The notes under the pieces: model-generated | Database searches by the model: none | What the model saw: the letters and a program-made list of their open reading frames with translations, nothing else | What the model was told of the DNA's origin: nothing | Part shown: positions 32,101 to 44,246 of the stretch, one piece after another | Layout of the letters: every line of letters starts with the position of its first letter | Position numbering within the stretch: position 1 is the stretch's first letter | DNA from: Auanema rhodensis | Taxonomy: Eukaryota > Animalia > Nematoda | DNA length: 64,000 bases | Assembly: GCA_964057225.1 (NCBI GenBank) | Contig: OZ059894.1 | Location: 8,556,001-8,620,000, forward strand | Direction of reading: 5' to 3' | Translations under genes and position numbers: made by a program

Positions 32101-35100
32101 GCCGAATGGTCTAGGGGTATGATTCTCGCTTCGGGTGCGAGAGGTCCCGGGTTCAATTCCCGGTTCGGCCCAATTTTTGATTTGATAACTGAATTCGAAG
32201 TGTTATTGATTCTCATTCATACTGTAATCATCAAGCTTTGTCCTTTTTGTAAAAAAATGACTAAACAAGTTAAAGAATATATTATAAATTAACAATTTCA
32301 CAAAATCCTTCTTATTTTTTGAAAATTACTTCTAAACTTTATGGCCGAATGGTCTAGGGGTATGATTCTCGCTTCGGGTGCGAGAGGTCCCGGGTTCAAT
32401 TCCCGGTTCGGCCCAATTTTTGATTTGATAACTGAGTTCGAAGTGTTATTGATTCTCATTCATACTGTAATCATCAAGCTTTGTCCTTTTTGTAAAAAAA
32501 TGACTAAACAAGTTAAAGAATATATTATAAATTAACAATTTCACAAAATCTCTCTTATTTTTGAAAATTACTTCTAAACTTTATGGCCGAATGGTCTAGG
32601 GGTATGATTCTCGCTTCGGGTGCGAGAGGTCCCGTGTTCAATTCCCGGTTCGGCCCAATTTTTGATTCGTTAACTGAAATCGAAGTATTAATGATTCTGA
32701 TTCATTATCTAATCATCACGCTTTGTCCTTTCTTGTAAAAAAATGACTAAACAAGTTAAAGAATATATTATAAATTAACAATTTCACAAAATCTCTCTTA
32801 TTTTTTGAAAATTACTTCTAAACTTTATGGCCGAATGGTCTAGGGGTATGATTCTCGCTTCGGGTGCGAGAGGTCCCGGGTTCAATTCCCGGTTCGGCCC
32901 AATTTTTTGATTTGTTATCTCAAATCGAAGTATTAATGATTCTCATTCATAATGTAATCATCAAGCTTTGTCCTTTTTTGTAAAAAAATGACTAAACAAG
33001 TTAAAGAATATATTATATTCCCACAATTTCACAAAAACTCTCCTATTTTTTGAAAATTACTTCTAAACTTTATGGCCGAATGGTCTAGGGGTATGATTCT
33101 CGCTTCGGGTGCGAGAGGTCCCGGGTTCAATTCCCGGTTCGGCCCAATTTTTGATTTGATAACTGAATTCGAAGTGTTATTGATTCTCATTCATACTGTA
33201 ATCATCAAGCTTTGTCCTTTTTGTAAAAAAATGACTAAACAAGTTAAAGAATATATTATAAATTAACAATTTCACAAAATCTCTCTTATTTTTGAAAATT
33301 ACTTCTAAACTTTATGGCCGAATGGTCTAGGGGTATGATTCTCGCTTCGGGTGTGAGAGGTCCCGGGTTCAATTCCCGGTTCAGCCCAATTTTTTGATTT
33401 GATAACTCAAATCGAAGTATTAATGATTCTGATTCATAATCTAATCATCACGCTTTGTCCTTTTTTGTAAAAAAATGACTATTTTTTGAAAATTACTTCT
33501 AAACTTTATGGCCGAATGGTCTAGGGGTATGATTCTCGCTTCGGGTGCGAGAGGTCCCGGGTTCAATTCCCGGTTCGGCCCAATTTTTTGATTTGTTATC
33601 TCAAATCGAAGTATTAATGATTCTCATTCATAATGTAATCATCAAGCTTTGTCCTTTTTTGTAAAAAAATGACTAAACAAGTTAAAGAATATATTATATT
33701 CCCACAATTTCACAAAAACTCTCCTATTTTTTGAAAATTACTTCTAAACTTTATGGCCGAATGGTCTAGGGGTATGATTCTCGCTTCGGGTGCGAGAGGT
33801 CCCGGGTTCAATTCCCGGTTCGGCCCAATTTTTTGATTTGTTATCTCAAATCGAAGTATTAATGATTCTCATTCATAATGTAATCATCAAGCTTTGTCCT
33901 TTTTTGTAAAAAAATGACTAAACAAGTTAAAGAATATATTATATTCCCACAATTTCACAAAAACTCTCCTATTTTTTGAAAATTACTTCTAAACTTTATG
34001 GCCGAATGGTCTAGGGGTATGATTCTCGCTTCGGGTGCGAGAGGTCCCGGGTTCAATTCCCGGTTCGGCCCAATTTTTGATTTGATAACTGAATTCGAAG
34101 TGTTATTGATTCTCATTCATACTGTAATCATCAAGCTTTGTCCTTTTTGTAAAAAAATGACTAAACAAGTTAAAGAATATATTATAAATTAACAATTTCA
34201 CAAAATCTCTCTTATTTTTTGAAAATTACTTCTAAACTTTATGGCCGAATGGTCTAGGGGTATGATTCTCGCTTCGGGTGCGAGAGGTCCCGTGTTCAAT
34301 TCCCGGTTCGGCCCAATTTTTGATTCGTTAACTGAAATCGAAGTATTAATGATTCTGATTCATTATCTAATCATCACGCTTTGTCCTTTCTTGTAAAAAA
34401 ATGACTAAACAAGTTAAAGAATATATTATAAATTAACAATTTCACAAAATCTCTCTTATTTTTTGAAAATTACTTCTAAACTTTATGGCCGAATGGTCTA
34501 GGGGTATGATTCTCGCTTCGGGTGCGAGAGGTCCCGGGTTCAATTCCCGGTTCGGCCCAATTTTTGATTTGATAACTGAAATCGAAGTATTAATGATTCT
34601 GATTCATTATCTAATCTTCACGCTTTGTCCTTTCTTGTAAAAAAATGACTAAACAAGTTAAAGAATATATTATAAATTAACAATTTCACAAAATCTCTCT
34701 TATTTTTTGAAAATTACTTCTAAACTTTATGGCCGAATGGTCTAGGGGTATGATTCTCGCTTCGGGTGCGAGAGGTCCCGGGTTCAATTCCCGGTTCGGC
34801 CCAATTTTTTGATTTGTTAACTGAAATCGAAGAATTAATGATTCTGATTCATTATCTAATCATCACGCTTTGTCCTTTCTTGTAAAAAAATGACTAAACA
34901 AGTTAAAGAATATATTATAAATTAACAATTTCACAAAATCTCTCTTATTTTTTGAAAATTACTTCTAAACTTTATGGCCGAATGGTCTAGGGGTATGATT
35001 CTCGCTTCGGGTGCGAGAGGTCCCGGGTTCAATTCCCGGTTCGGCCCAATTTTTTGATTTGTTATCTCAAATCGAAGTATTAATGATTCTCATTCATAAT

Positions 35101-36491
35101 GTAATCATCAAGCTTTGTCCTTTTTTGTAAAAAAATGACTAAACAAGTTAAAGAATATATTATATTCCCACAATTTCACAAAAACTCTCCTATTTTTTGA
35201 AAATTACTTCTAAACTTTATGGCCGAATGGTCTAGGGGTATGATTCTCGCTTCGGGTGCGAGAGGTCCCGGGTTCAATTCCCGGTTCGGCCCAATTTTTG
35301 ATTTGATAACTGAATTCGAAGTGTTATTGATTCTCATTCATACTGTAATCATCAAGCTTTGTCCTTTTTGTAAAAAAATGACTAAACAAGTTAAAGAATA
35401 TATTATAAATTAACAATTTCACAAAATCCTTCTTATTTTTTGAAAATTACTTCTAAACTTTATGGCCGAATGGTCTAGGGGTATGATTCTCGCTTCGGGT
35501 GCGAGAGGTCCCGGGTTCAATTCCCGGTTCGGCCCAATTTTTTGATTTGTTATCTCAAATCGAAGTATTAATGATTCTCATTCATAATGTAATCATCAAG
35601 CTTTGTCCTTTTTTGTAAAAAAATGACTAAACAAGTTAAAGAATATATTATATTCCCACAATTTCACCAAAACTCTCCTATTTTTTGAAAATTACTTCTA
35701 AACTTTATGGCCGAATGGTCTAGGGGTATGATTCTCGCTTCGGGTGCGAGAGGTCCCGGGTTCAATTCCCGGTTCGGCCCAATTTTTGATTTGATAACTG
35801 AGTTCGAAGTGTTATTGATTCTCATTCATACTGTAATCATCAAGCTTTGTCCTTTTTGTAAAAAAATGACTAAACAAGTTAAAGAATATATTATAAATTA
35901 ACAATTTCACAAAATCTCTCTTATTTTTGAAAATTACTTCTAAACTTTATGGCCGAATGGTCTAGGGGTATGATTCTCGCTTCGGGTGCGAGAGGTCCCG
36001 TGTTCAATTCCCGGTTCGGCCCAATTTTTGATTCGTTAACTGAAATCGAAGTATTAATGATTCTGATTCATTATCTAATCATCACGCTTTGTCCTTTCTT
36101 GTAAAAAAATGACTAAACAAGTTAAAGAATATATTATAAATTAACAATTTCACAAAATCTCTCTTATTTTTTGAAAATTACTTCTAAACTTTATGGCCGA
36201 ATGGTCTAGGGGTATGATTCTCGCTTCGGGTGCGAGAGGTCCCGGGTTCAATTCCCGGTTCGGCCCAATTTTTTGATTTGTTATCTCAAATCGAAGTATT
36301 AATGATTCTCATTCATAATGTAATCATCAAGCTTTGTCCTTTTTTGTAAAAAAATGACTAAACAAGTTAAAGAATATATTATATTCCCACAATTTCACAA
36401 AAACTCTCCTATTTTTTGAAAATTACTTCTAAACTTTATGGCCGAATGGTCTAGGGGTATGATTCTCGCTTCGGGTGCGAGAGGTCCCGGG
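29175..36491 (+). repeat. tRNA-Pro(CGG) array block (1 truncated, 29 full, 1 split by insertion)
   Basis: Starts at 29414 ... 36195; copy at 36440 is interrupted in the T arm. Confidence 0.96.
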
Positions 36492-36494
36492 TTT

Positions 36495-36907
36495 TGAAGA
36501 TAGAGGGCTCTTCAAATAGCCTCCCAGGTTCACACTTTCTATTCTATGCCCTGTTAACGTAAAATACTATTAGAGGAAGAAAGATTCATTCATATGCCAT
36601 TCAGATATACATAATACAGAATATAAGGACTAGAAGATATATAATAAGACTAGATAAAATACATAGAAGACTAGAGTGAATGTAATAAGACTAGATATAC
36701 ATCACTAATGAGACTAGAGATAGTCTTACTAAAGGACAAGGATAAAACGGTGGTTCAGACTAGATGAGTCATAAGATAAAGACAGCAACGAGGAGAGAGA
36801 AAAGCGACCGTCCGCGACGGTGGTATAAAAACAGAGTGCCCGTGAATCTCATCAGCCAACGTGATGAGATTGCATCGATTGAATGATGGATAATCGCATT
36901 CGCGATA
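36495..36907 (-). repeat. 3' LTR of copy A (TATCGCGA...CTTCA)
   Basis: Repeat of 43836-44246. Confidence 0.92.
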
Positions 36908-36940
36908 TTCCGGGCCAGGAGAGAGAAATCAGAACTGATT

Positions 36941-37270
36941 TCATTCTGCTAGTTCCTCCGCAAACTGCAGCTTGCATAATACACCAGGATGATCGTGGTC
37001 CAGTCCGCTTCCTTTGCACACATGACATATTTTCTTCATCTTCTCCACACACGGTTTTCCAAAGTGGTTCCGCAAACACTTCAAGCACATGTTGATCAAC
37101 TTGCAACGCTTGACGCGTTGTGCTGCAGTCTTGTAGACTGTGCATTTTCCCATGGTGTGGCCCTTCTTCCAACAGAGTTGACATTTCATGTCTTCTTCCA
37201 TTTTTCTGTACTTCACTTTAGAGTTGTTCTGCTTTTTTGGTGCAGACGTATTCTGACTTTTGTTAGGCAT
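36941..37270 (-). CDS. 3' accessory triple zinc-knuckle ORF (109 aa)
   Basis: CQLC..H..C, CLKC..H..C, CHVC..H..C; Lys-rich N terminus; ATG start. Confidence 0.75.
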   Translation of the reverse strand: MPNKSQNTSAPKKQNNSKVKYRKMEEDMKCQLCWKKGHTMGKCTVYKTAAQRVKRCKLINMCLKCLRNHFGKPCVEKMKKICHVCKGSGLDHDHPGVLCKLQFAEELAE

Positions 37271-37497
37271 CTTTGAGTTGCCGTTATCCTGGAGTTGATC
37301 AAGGGAATCGCTCCATTCTTTGATGTTATCAAGACTGAAATAATGATGGTTTTTATACGTAGTATACCTCCCCGCGGCAAAATGATAAATTGTGTAGGAC
37401 TGGTGTAAATCAAATTGAACAATCGTTTGCTATGATAGGGAACTAAGAAATCGAGAAAATAAATCGAGGACTCACTGGGTATTGAACCCGTCATCAA

Positions 37498-40400
37498 TCA
37501 CTGAGAGTGCGTACCCTTAGCCACTGCGCTATGACTGGCTCGAACTACAATCTTGAACAACAAATGAATTGTGAAAAAAATGATGCGAAAAGGAATTGCG
37601 CAGATAATAAGTATTTGTATGGGTAAATATGCTAGGAGAGCGGGTGTACTTGACAACTGGAAGACGCGGTCAATTACGGCGGTTACAAAGCCGAGTACTG
37701 TGATCAAAACACTCAATAGTATTACAATCGTTTTAAGGTAGTCCGAGTAAAACGAAACAAGTGAGCTGATTAAGTGAGTGGGTACAAAAAAGCTCGGTAT
37801 GGTAAACTCGACGTTCAGGAGACTGAATGAACTGTTTGTAATCTGATGAGTGGACTGTTCAAAACCTATGTATTCGTTCACGTAGTACAAGTTGCCTTTG
37901 AGATGTAATGTGGCGGAAGTACACGGATGAGTACACGTTATAGACGGTGTTGAAAAATTGCTCTGTATGGGAATAGAGTTGTTGTAACCCTGAGAATTGC
38001 ATGTAAGCAGAAATTCTTCATCGTCGCACGAAATTCGAATGTGGGATGATGTACTGATGCAAGTAATGATTGTTGTTGCTCCAGTAACACAGTCAAAACA
38101 TCCAACTAGGTCTTTGGATTTTAGTTCGCAAATAGTAGGACTATTGTCGTATTCATAAGTGACATCTGAGATATTTGTCCACATTTTAATGTCAACAGCG
38201 CTTATGGGATGAGCAAAAATGAGATTGTTTTTTGGGATCATGGTCAGAGATGGAAGAGATAATGGTAGGGTGTAGTTATTAGTATAGAGCATGTTAGGAT
38301 TGCTGTCCTGACAATAGCAATTTTCGACTGTTTCGGCTGGTCTGCATGAACATGTGTCTGTTACAGTACATTCGGAGAATGGGTCAGCGGTTTTAACTTT
38401 TCCGCACGAGTATGAAAATGTAGCAGAGTGAGGTAAAACTGCAATTCTCGAGTTGGAAGTAATGAATCGTCTATGGAGGATTTCATTATCAGAATATGTT
38501 ATTCTCCCAAGAGTAATATGGTACCCGTTAATGATTTTTGTAGAGTGTGGTAAAAAGGGGACGTGCGAGATCGTTTCAGTTTTGTTCTCAATAGCTGTAT
38601 GGATGCTAATCTGGAGAAAAACCCTAGGTGTCCATCGTGAGCAGTAGAAAACTTCGTGGGTGATATTGTCATTGGGAACATGAAAGTTGCGATAGAAGAG
38701 ACAACCAGAAGTTGGCAACGCACAACCGCATGATAGAAATCCACAGCTTTCTGAACAATAGCTGGTACCTGGATATTGGTTGGCTAATGAGAGTTCTGAG
38801 ATTGATGTATTGGGTCGAACGTTCGCACAAAACGATCCTACACAAGAGCCCATATGGGGACACCGTTTTGCGGATTCAGTTTTTACGATGGTGTGACGTG
38901 TAAAAAATAAGGATACTTTCGTGCACAGTATACGTGTATACATAAGTTTGATGCGCAGGTGTGAGTTCGTGAGGGGATTGGCGTATGATCGGTTTGAATG
39001 TGAAGTTGTGAAACATACCTCATTATCGTAAGTATGGAGGGTGGTGGAGCTGCTGACTTGGTTGACTTGGTGGGTAGGTGATAAGTTCGAGACGGAGTTG
39101 CCTGGAACATGTGATATACTCGGAGGAACAATAGTACATGCATTAACTACAAGAGATTCAATCAAAAAAATGACGATTATTGCAACCAAAAGATACCCGA
39201 CTCGGTGAACTAATCGGTCACGTTGTCGTGATCGTTGTGAGGGTGTAGACTTCTGCCATCGAGGTAGCTTGTGAGAACTGAGCGGGACGTACTCGAGTAC
39301 CGATCGTTCTTCCTGAATAGAGATATGAGATCTTATATGAGATGGGAGACATTGAGTGATCATACGCCAAACGGAAAAAAGGGTGTATTGTGCAATATGA
39401 ACAAATTTTTTAGAACAAATTCGGATGACTATGATGCTTAAAAGAATGCTAAATAGAATGAGCCATATGATGAGTGCGGTCGCCGAGAGTGCTGCGTATG
39501 GGAAACAAGATGGGTTGTGGAGTAGTTCAAGACAGAACAGACATTGAATCATATCGCAAAACGGAGTTGCTGGACAATCCAGTTGATGCAATGCAAATGT
39601 GTCATTTTTATCGATAATATGTCGTGAGATGAATGTGTGGTCATGCAATACAACATGAGCCGGAAATACTATGGTGAAGTTGGGAGTATTTGGGTTGTAC
39701 TCTACACATGTTTCTCGGGCACAAACTCGGATGGGATGTCCAGTACCGCAGTTTGATATGCCTACTCCTCCTTTGATGCAAGAGAACTGGCAGATGTTGG
39801 TTGCGGACATTGTATTGACGAGAATACCCAGTATCATGGCTATGAAAAAATGTGTGTAACTGGGGAGACGTTGTCGTTTTCGAGGTTGTGGTTCATTTTC
39901 ACCTTCATCATCTGCAATGGTGATCACTTCGATGTCATCATCATCGTTGATAGTGATAACGTTTGGGTCTATCACGTTTTCAGTTGTATTGGGTCCGGTC
40001 GATGTGCTGGTTTCCACAACGGTGGATACTTCGTTATCGAGTAAAATGACCTCTGGAGTTTCTTTAAACGTGACAGTTTTGTCTGATTTGTGTGGGGACT
40101 GCGTATGACTGTTTTCCGTATGATGCTCGTTGTCGGAAGGAATTTCAAGGGGAATCAGGCGATTGATGGGTCTAATTAGTTTGTGTCCATCAGATGTACG
40201 GACTTCTGCAACTCTCACAGATTCCGTGTTCTGTATGCTTGTTATTAAACCCATTTTCCACTGGTTTCGTTTCGTATTGTCATCTGACATTAGCACTACT
40301 GTGCCTACTTTTGGTGTAGCTGTGGAGAAATGTCCTTGCTTGTGATCCAACATGTGTGTTGCTCGAAGGGCGACGACATATTCATTATGCCATCGTTGCC

Positions 40401-41040
40401 AAATTTTGTCAAGTGTTTTCTGAATGTTGTTTAAATGTTTTTGTATTCCAGAAAAGAAACTCATCTCTAAATTTTTTCTGGAGTATTTCATTCTGTTCAT
40501 GTCATTTTGCAATGTTGTTGAGTCATGTACTGTAGAGTCAAATGAACTCTGATAGTCATCGAGTTCATCTCGGCGAAGTTGGATAAGTTGAGTATATTCC
40601 TCAACTTCGCCTGTGTTCACAATGAGATCTCTCTCATCACAATAGTCCAAAATGCCCTTGATCAGTTTTGCAACTGTGGGCGGATGTTCTTCGCCAATGT
40701 CTTTGGTGACAAGTTGGTCGATTTCATGAGCTTTCATGGTCTTATGGGCTTGAGGGTGTTTGGCCAACATCCTTTTATAGCTACCTTGGTATAATTCCAA
40801 CCAAGTTGCTGGGTAGTCCACATGGGTGCGTTCCTCGAGCACCACTCGATGTTCGTCTAACTGATCTCGTAGTGATCGGAAGACGTCCCCAACCGGGATG
40901 GCTTTATAATATATACGCATCAAGCTAGGCTTGTGCGTATGTATGAACTCTCGACATCTGTCAATGTCATCAACCGGGGGGAAGATGAATGCTTGATGGT
41001 ACGGGAGGATGTCCTCCTTCACCGTGTTGAACAACTTCAA
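37498..41040 (-). CDS. Gag N-terminus/DUF5641-like/Gn-Gc envelope polyprotein (no PR, RT, RNase H or IN core)
   Basis: IWQRWHNEY...RPINRLIPLEI, signal peptide, Cys-rich Gn ending NPSC + TM, Gc with KRCPHMGSC...CSESCG..SCGC..GCLFYR + TM. Confidence 0.88.
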   Translation of the reverse strand: MKLFNTVKEDILPYHQAFIFPPVDDIDRCREFIHTHKPSLMRIYYKAIPVGDVFRSLRDQLDEHRVVLEERTHVDYPATWLELYQGSYKRMLAKHPQAHKTMKAHEIDQLVTKDIGEEHPPTVAKLIKGILDYCDERDLIVNTGEVEEYTQLIQLRRDELDDYQSSFDSTVHDSTTLQNDMNRMKYSRKNLEMSFFSGIQKHLNNIQKTLDKIWQRWHNEYVVALRATHMLDHKQGHFSTATPKVGTVVLMSDDNTKRNQWKMGLITSIQNTESVRVAEVRTSDGHKLIRPINRLIPLEIPSDNEHHTENSHTQSPHKSDKTVTFKETPEVILLDNEVSTVVETSTSTGPNTTENVIDPNVITINDDDDIEVITIADDEGENEPQPRKRQRLPSYTHFFIAMILGILVNTMSATNICQFSCIKGGVGISNCGTGHPIRVCARETCVEYNPNTPNFTIVFPAHVVLHDHTFISRHIIDKNDTFALHQLDCPATPFCDMIQCLFCLELLHNPSCFPYAALSATALIIWLILFSILLSIIVIRICSKKFVHIAQYTLFSVWRMITQCLPSHIRSHISIQEERSVLEYVPLSSHKLPRWQKSTPSQRSRQRDRLVHRVGYLLVAIIVIFLIESLVVNACTIVPPSISHVPGNSVSNLSPTHQVNQVSSSTTLHTYDNEVCFTTSHSNRSYANPLTNSHLRIKLMYTRILCTKVSLFFTRHTIVKTESAKRCPHMGSCVGSFCANVRPNTSISELSLANQYPGTSYCSESCGFLSCGCALPTSGCLFYRNFHVPNDNITHEVFYCSRWTPRVFLQISIHTAIENKTETISHVPFLPHSTKIINGYHITLGRITYSDNEILHRRFITSNSRIAVLPHSATFSYSCGKVKTADPFSECTVTDTCSCRPAETVENCYCQDSNPNMLYTNNYTLPLSLPSLTMIPKNNLIFAHPISAVDIKMWTNISDVTYEYDNSPTICELKSKDLVGCFDCVTGATTIITCISTSSHIRISCDDEEFLLTCNSQGYNNSIPIQSNFSTPSITCTHPCTSATLHLKGNLYYVNEYIGFEQSTHQITNSSFSLLNVEFTIPSFFVPTHLISSLVSFYSDYLKTIVILLSVLITVLGFVTAVIDRVFQLSSTPALLAYLPIQILIICAIPFRIIFFTIHLLFKIVVRASHSAVAKGTHSQ

Positions 41041-43820
41041 CGCGTGAGTTATATTTCTTTTTAAACAACTTAACTGTCTTGCTAAGGCAGTCAGGTTACG
41101 AGTTACGAGTTTCCGATGGAGAAGAGGGACTCATAATCATTTTGTTTGAAGAGAAATATTATTGTTCAAGTTAATTTTGTGTTTAATCTAGCTAATTTGT
41201 GGATTGATTATTAAAATCAATTGAATTAAAGTCCGAATATAATAGCTGTCGATAGAAGGAATAACAATATATAATATAAATAGGAATATAAATAAACAAG
41301 TAATATAAGCAAATAAGATAAGCAAATAGTTCACTATTAGAAGGTACAATGAATATTTAGTTGAATATTTGTTAACAGTTTTTTCTTTGGAGAGTTATAC
41401 TGTTAGTTTTTTCGTGTAGTTGTTACTGTTTCGTTAAATTACTTGTGTGGAATCTTTTGTAAAAAAATGTATGTTTTATCTTTTGAATATATTTTTTTTT
41501 TTTTTTTGTTAGCTAAGTTAGTATATTTTTAATTTTTTTTTTTTTTTTTTTTTAAAATGGAGATTGTTCAGGCAAAGATAATTCAATAAGTATCTTTCTC
41601 TGGTTAAAAAAGAAAAATTGGATGATTCACTAGATGAGAGAACAATTCAAGTTGAGAGATTACTGTAGGAAATAGAGAGAAAAAATTGAGTTTCCCAAAA
41701 TCGATCAAAAAATGTGAGCAAACTAGCTTGGATGAATTCAGTAAAGTTTTCTGAGTAATTTGATACTAAATATGCTGTTGTTTTTTATCAAAAAATATAA
41801 TATCAATATTAATATTAATTGGTTGAAATATAATAAGGATATCCAAAAAATATTCAAAATATTATTGTTTGATTGATCAGAAAGTATGTGTATGAAAAGG
41901 ATGAGTGATTTGAGACAAAAGATTTATTTCTGGACAGATGAACAAAGGAAATTGTATAAGATAACAGATGTGAATGAAATATAAACAATATAAAATGTGA
42001 AATAATAAAATTAAAATAAAACAAATTGAAATTATAAAATAACTTACCAACTTAATGTAAATGTATAATTGATACCAGAGAGTATCAATTCAAATTCAAT
42101 AAGCGGTTAAAGTGTTAATGCGAACAAATGAAAACTAACTTGATTCTCCTTGAGGATCCTTGATGTCGATTGTCCTTGTCTGGTGAATAGGTTAGCAGAT
42201 GGCGTCGGGTGCTGTGGCTGGTTGTAGCGGCGGAATGAATGACCTGTCTGGCAGCTAGGCCGTGTGGGATGTTAAGAGGGAGGAGCTAATCTGCAAAAAG
42301 TATATGTAAGATTATTAAATGAGATTATTTAATGCGTTTGAAACAAAACGAGTGGGTTAACTTCTCATAACATTTTAAAATGTTTTGATATTCCATGTCA
42401 TTCGATGATGACCTAGATAATGTGTGAGAGATGTTTGCGTGGTGCTAATGGCGCCGCACCAGGTCAATGAACAGATGGCAACATCTTTTGTCTTTTTTCG
42501 CGTATCTTGTCAACATATTTGCTAAAATCGACTTTTTGGTGCAAAATGTTGGAAATATCTCTTAACCTTTGCTGAGATTTATATTTTATGCTTTAACATG
42601 CGTAGGATGATAATTCGTAGCTCTTTCGTGTCTTATCATTATCTCATCTATGTAGGATGGGATATTATGATGTTTTGTGATTTTTCACAGAAATTTTCAT
42701 CTGCGTAGGATTTTAACAATATAGTTAATGTATTTTGTCCTATAGAACGTGGGTGATGATCTTATATAAGATAAAATATATAAATTTTATGAATTTCATG
42801 ATTTGGACTCTGACCTTTCTCATTGACCCGTTGGTCGTTACATATGACTCATATGGTTGGAAACAATAGATTTACAGACAATGGATGAATAAAGAAATTT
42901 AAAAACTATAAAACAAGCCGTAAATAGTAAAAACTCGGAACTCTTTCGCATTTTTATATAAACAACACCTACCGAGAGTGCAAGGGTACCAAACAAACAT
43001 CAACAAGTAGGTCAACAGACGTTCCTTGTTGATAGGCTCCTTCCACACATGTTCACAAATAATCGTTGATCTCTAAGATACTGACTCCTTTACAGATGAG
43101 GAAACAGACAGCATTACTCATATAGCAAGGAGACATTGGTCTAAGATGCCTTTTAGTCACCTATTCAATTGATTCACAATTGTTAAAATAACTTTTGCAC
43201 TCGAAGTCTATCAAAACTGTTTGCAATGATTATTGAAAGTTACGTAAAATATAAAAGATATAAAAAGGTCTCAAAATCAAAGAATAAATGAATAAATAGC
43301 GTTTTTAGACGGTAGCTTTGCTAATGCGTAATTCATATCATTGTTTCTCACTGTCCTCAGTCAGTAAAAATAAGATCGCCATAAAATGTGTTTGTTGGTA
43401 CTTTGTCTGCATTTTTCTCGTACTCTCGCATATTCTTCCTAGGAAAATACTGTGAAACATAATAAGGGGTGATCAATCCCAGCTGAGTCACTGCCGGCAA
43501 GTTAAAGGAAGTAGCCATTGGGTAATCCAATAGAGTTTATATAGCGAACAACCCACTATGTTACTTTCTGTAATCATGTGGTACAAAAATATGGTATCAA
43601 CCAAAATTTTAAATAATGTTTAATTATCACTGATATCTAGACAATATTTAACAACCAATTATGTCATACTGACATACGATTCCTTTAGAGTATTTAGATC
43701 AGTGAACTTATACTGTAAAGGACATCCAACGAGTCACTATTAACGAGCAGACTGGCTTGAAGAAAAAAAAAGAAAAAAGATAAAGTAGCGCAATAGAAAG
43801 GTCATAGAGTAGAAAGTGAT

Positions 43821-43832
43821 GCCGATGCACCA
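43821..43832 (-). promoter_or_regulatory. Primer binding site, tRNA-Gly(GCC)
   Basis: TGGTGCATCGGC after an AAA spacer. Confidence 0.88.
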
Positions 43833-43835
43833 TTT

Positions 43836-44246
43836 TGAAGATAGAGGGCTCTTCAAATAGCCTCCCAGGTTCACACTTTCTATTCTATGCCCTGTTAACG
43901 TAAAATACTATTAGAGGAAGAAAGATTCATTCATATGCCATTCAGATATACATAATACAGAATATAAGGACTAGAAGATATATAATAAGACTAGATAAAA
44001 TACATAGAAGACTAGAGTGAATGTAATAAGACTAGATATACATCACTAATGAGACTAGAGATAGTCTTACTAAAGGACAAGGATAAAACGGTGGTTCAGA
44101 CTAGATGAGTCATAAGATAAAGACAGCAACGAGGAGAGAGAAAAGCGACCGTCCGCGACGGTGGTATAAAAACAGAGTGCCCGTGAATCTCATCAGCCAA
44201 CGTGATGAGATTGCATCGATTGAATGATGGATAATCGCATTCGCGA
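43836..44246 (-). repeat. 5' LTR of copy A (lacks the first 2 nt)
   Basis: Repeat of 36495-36905. Confidence 0.92.

Larger units (their letters stand above)
36492..44246 (-). mobile_element. Pol-less BEL/Pao derivative encoding Gn/Gc envelope and zinc-knuckle ORF, copy A
   Basis: LTRs 36495-36907 and 43836-44246, tRNA-Gly PBS 43821-43832, target duplication GAGGTCCCGGG (36481-36491, 44247-44257). Confidence 0.92.
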
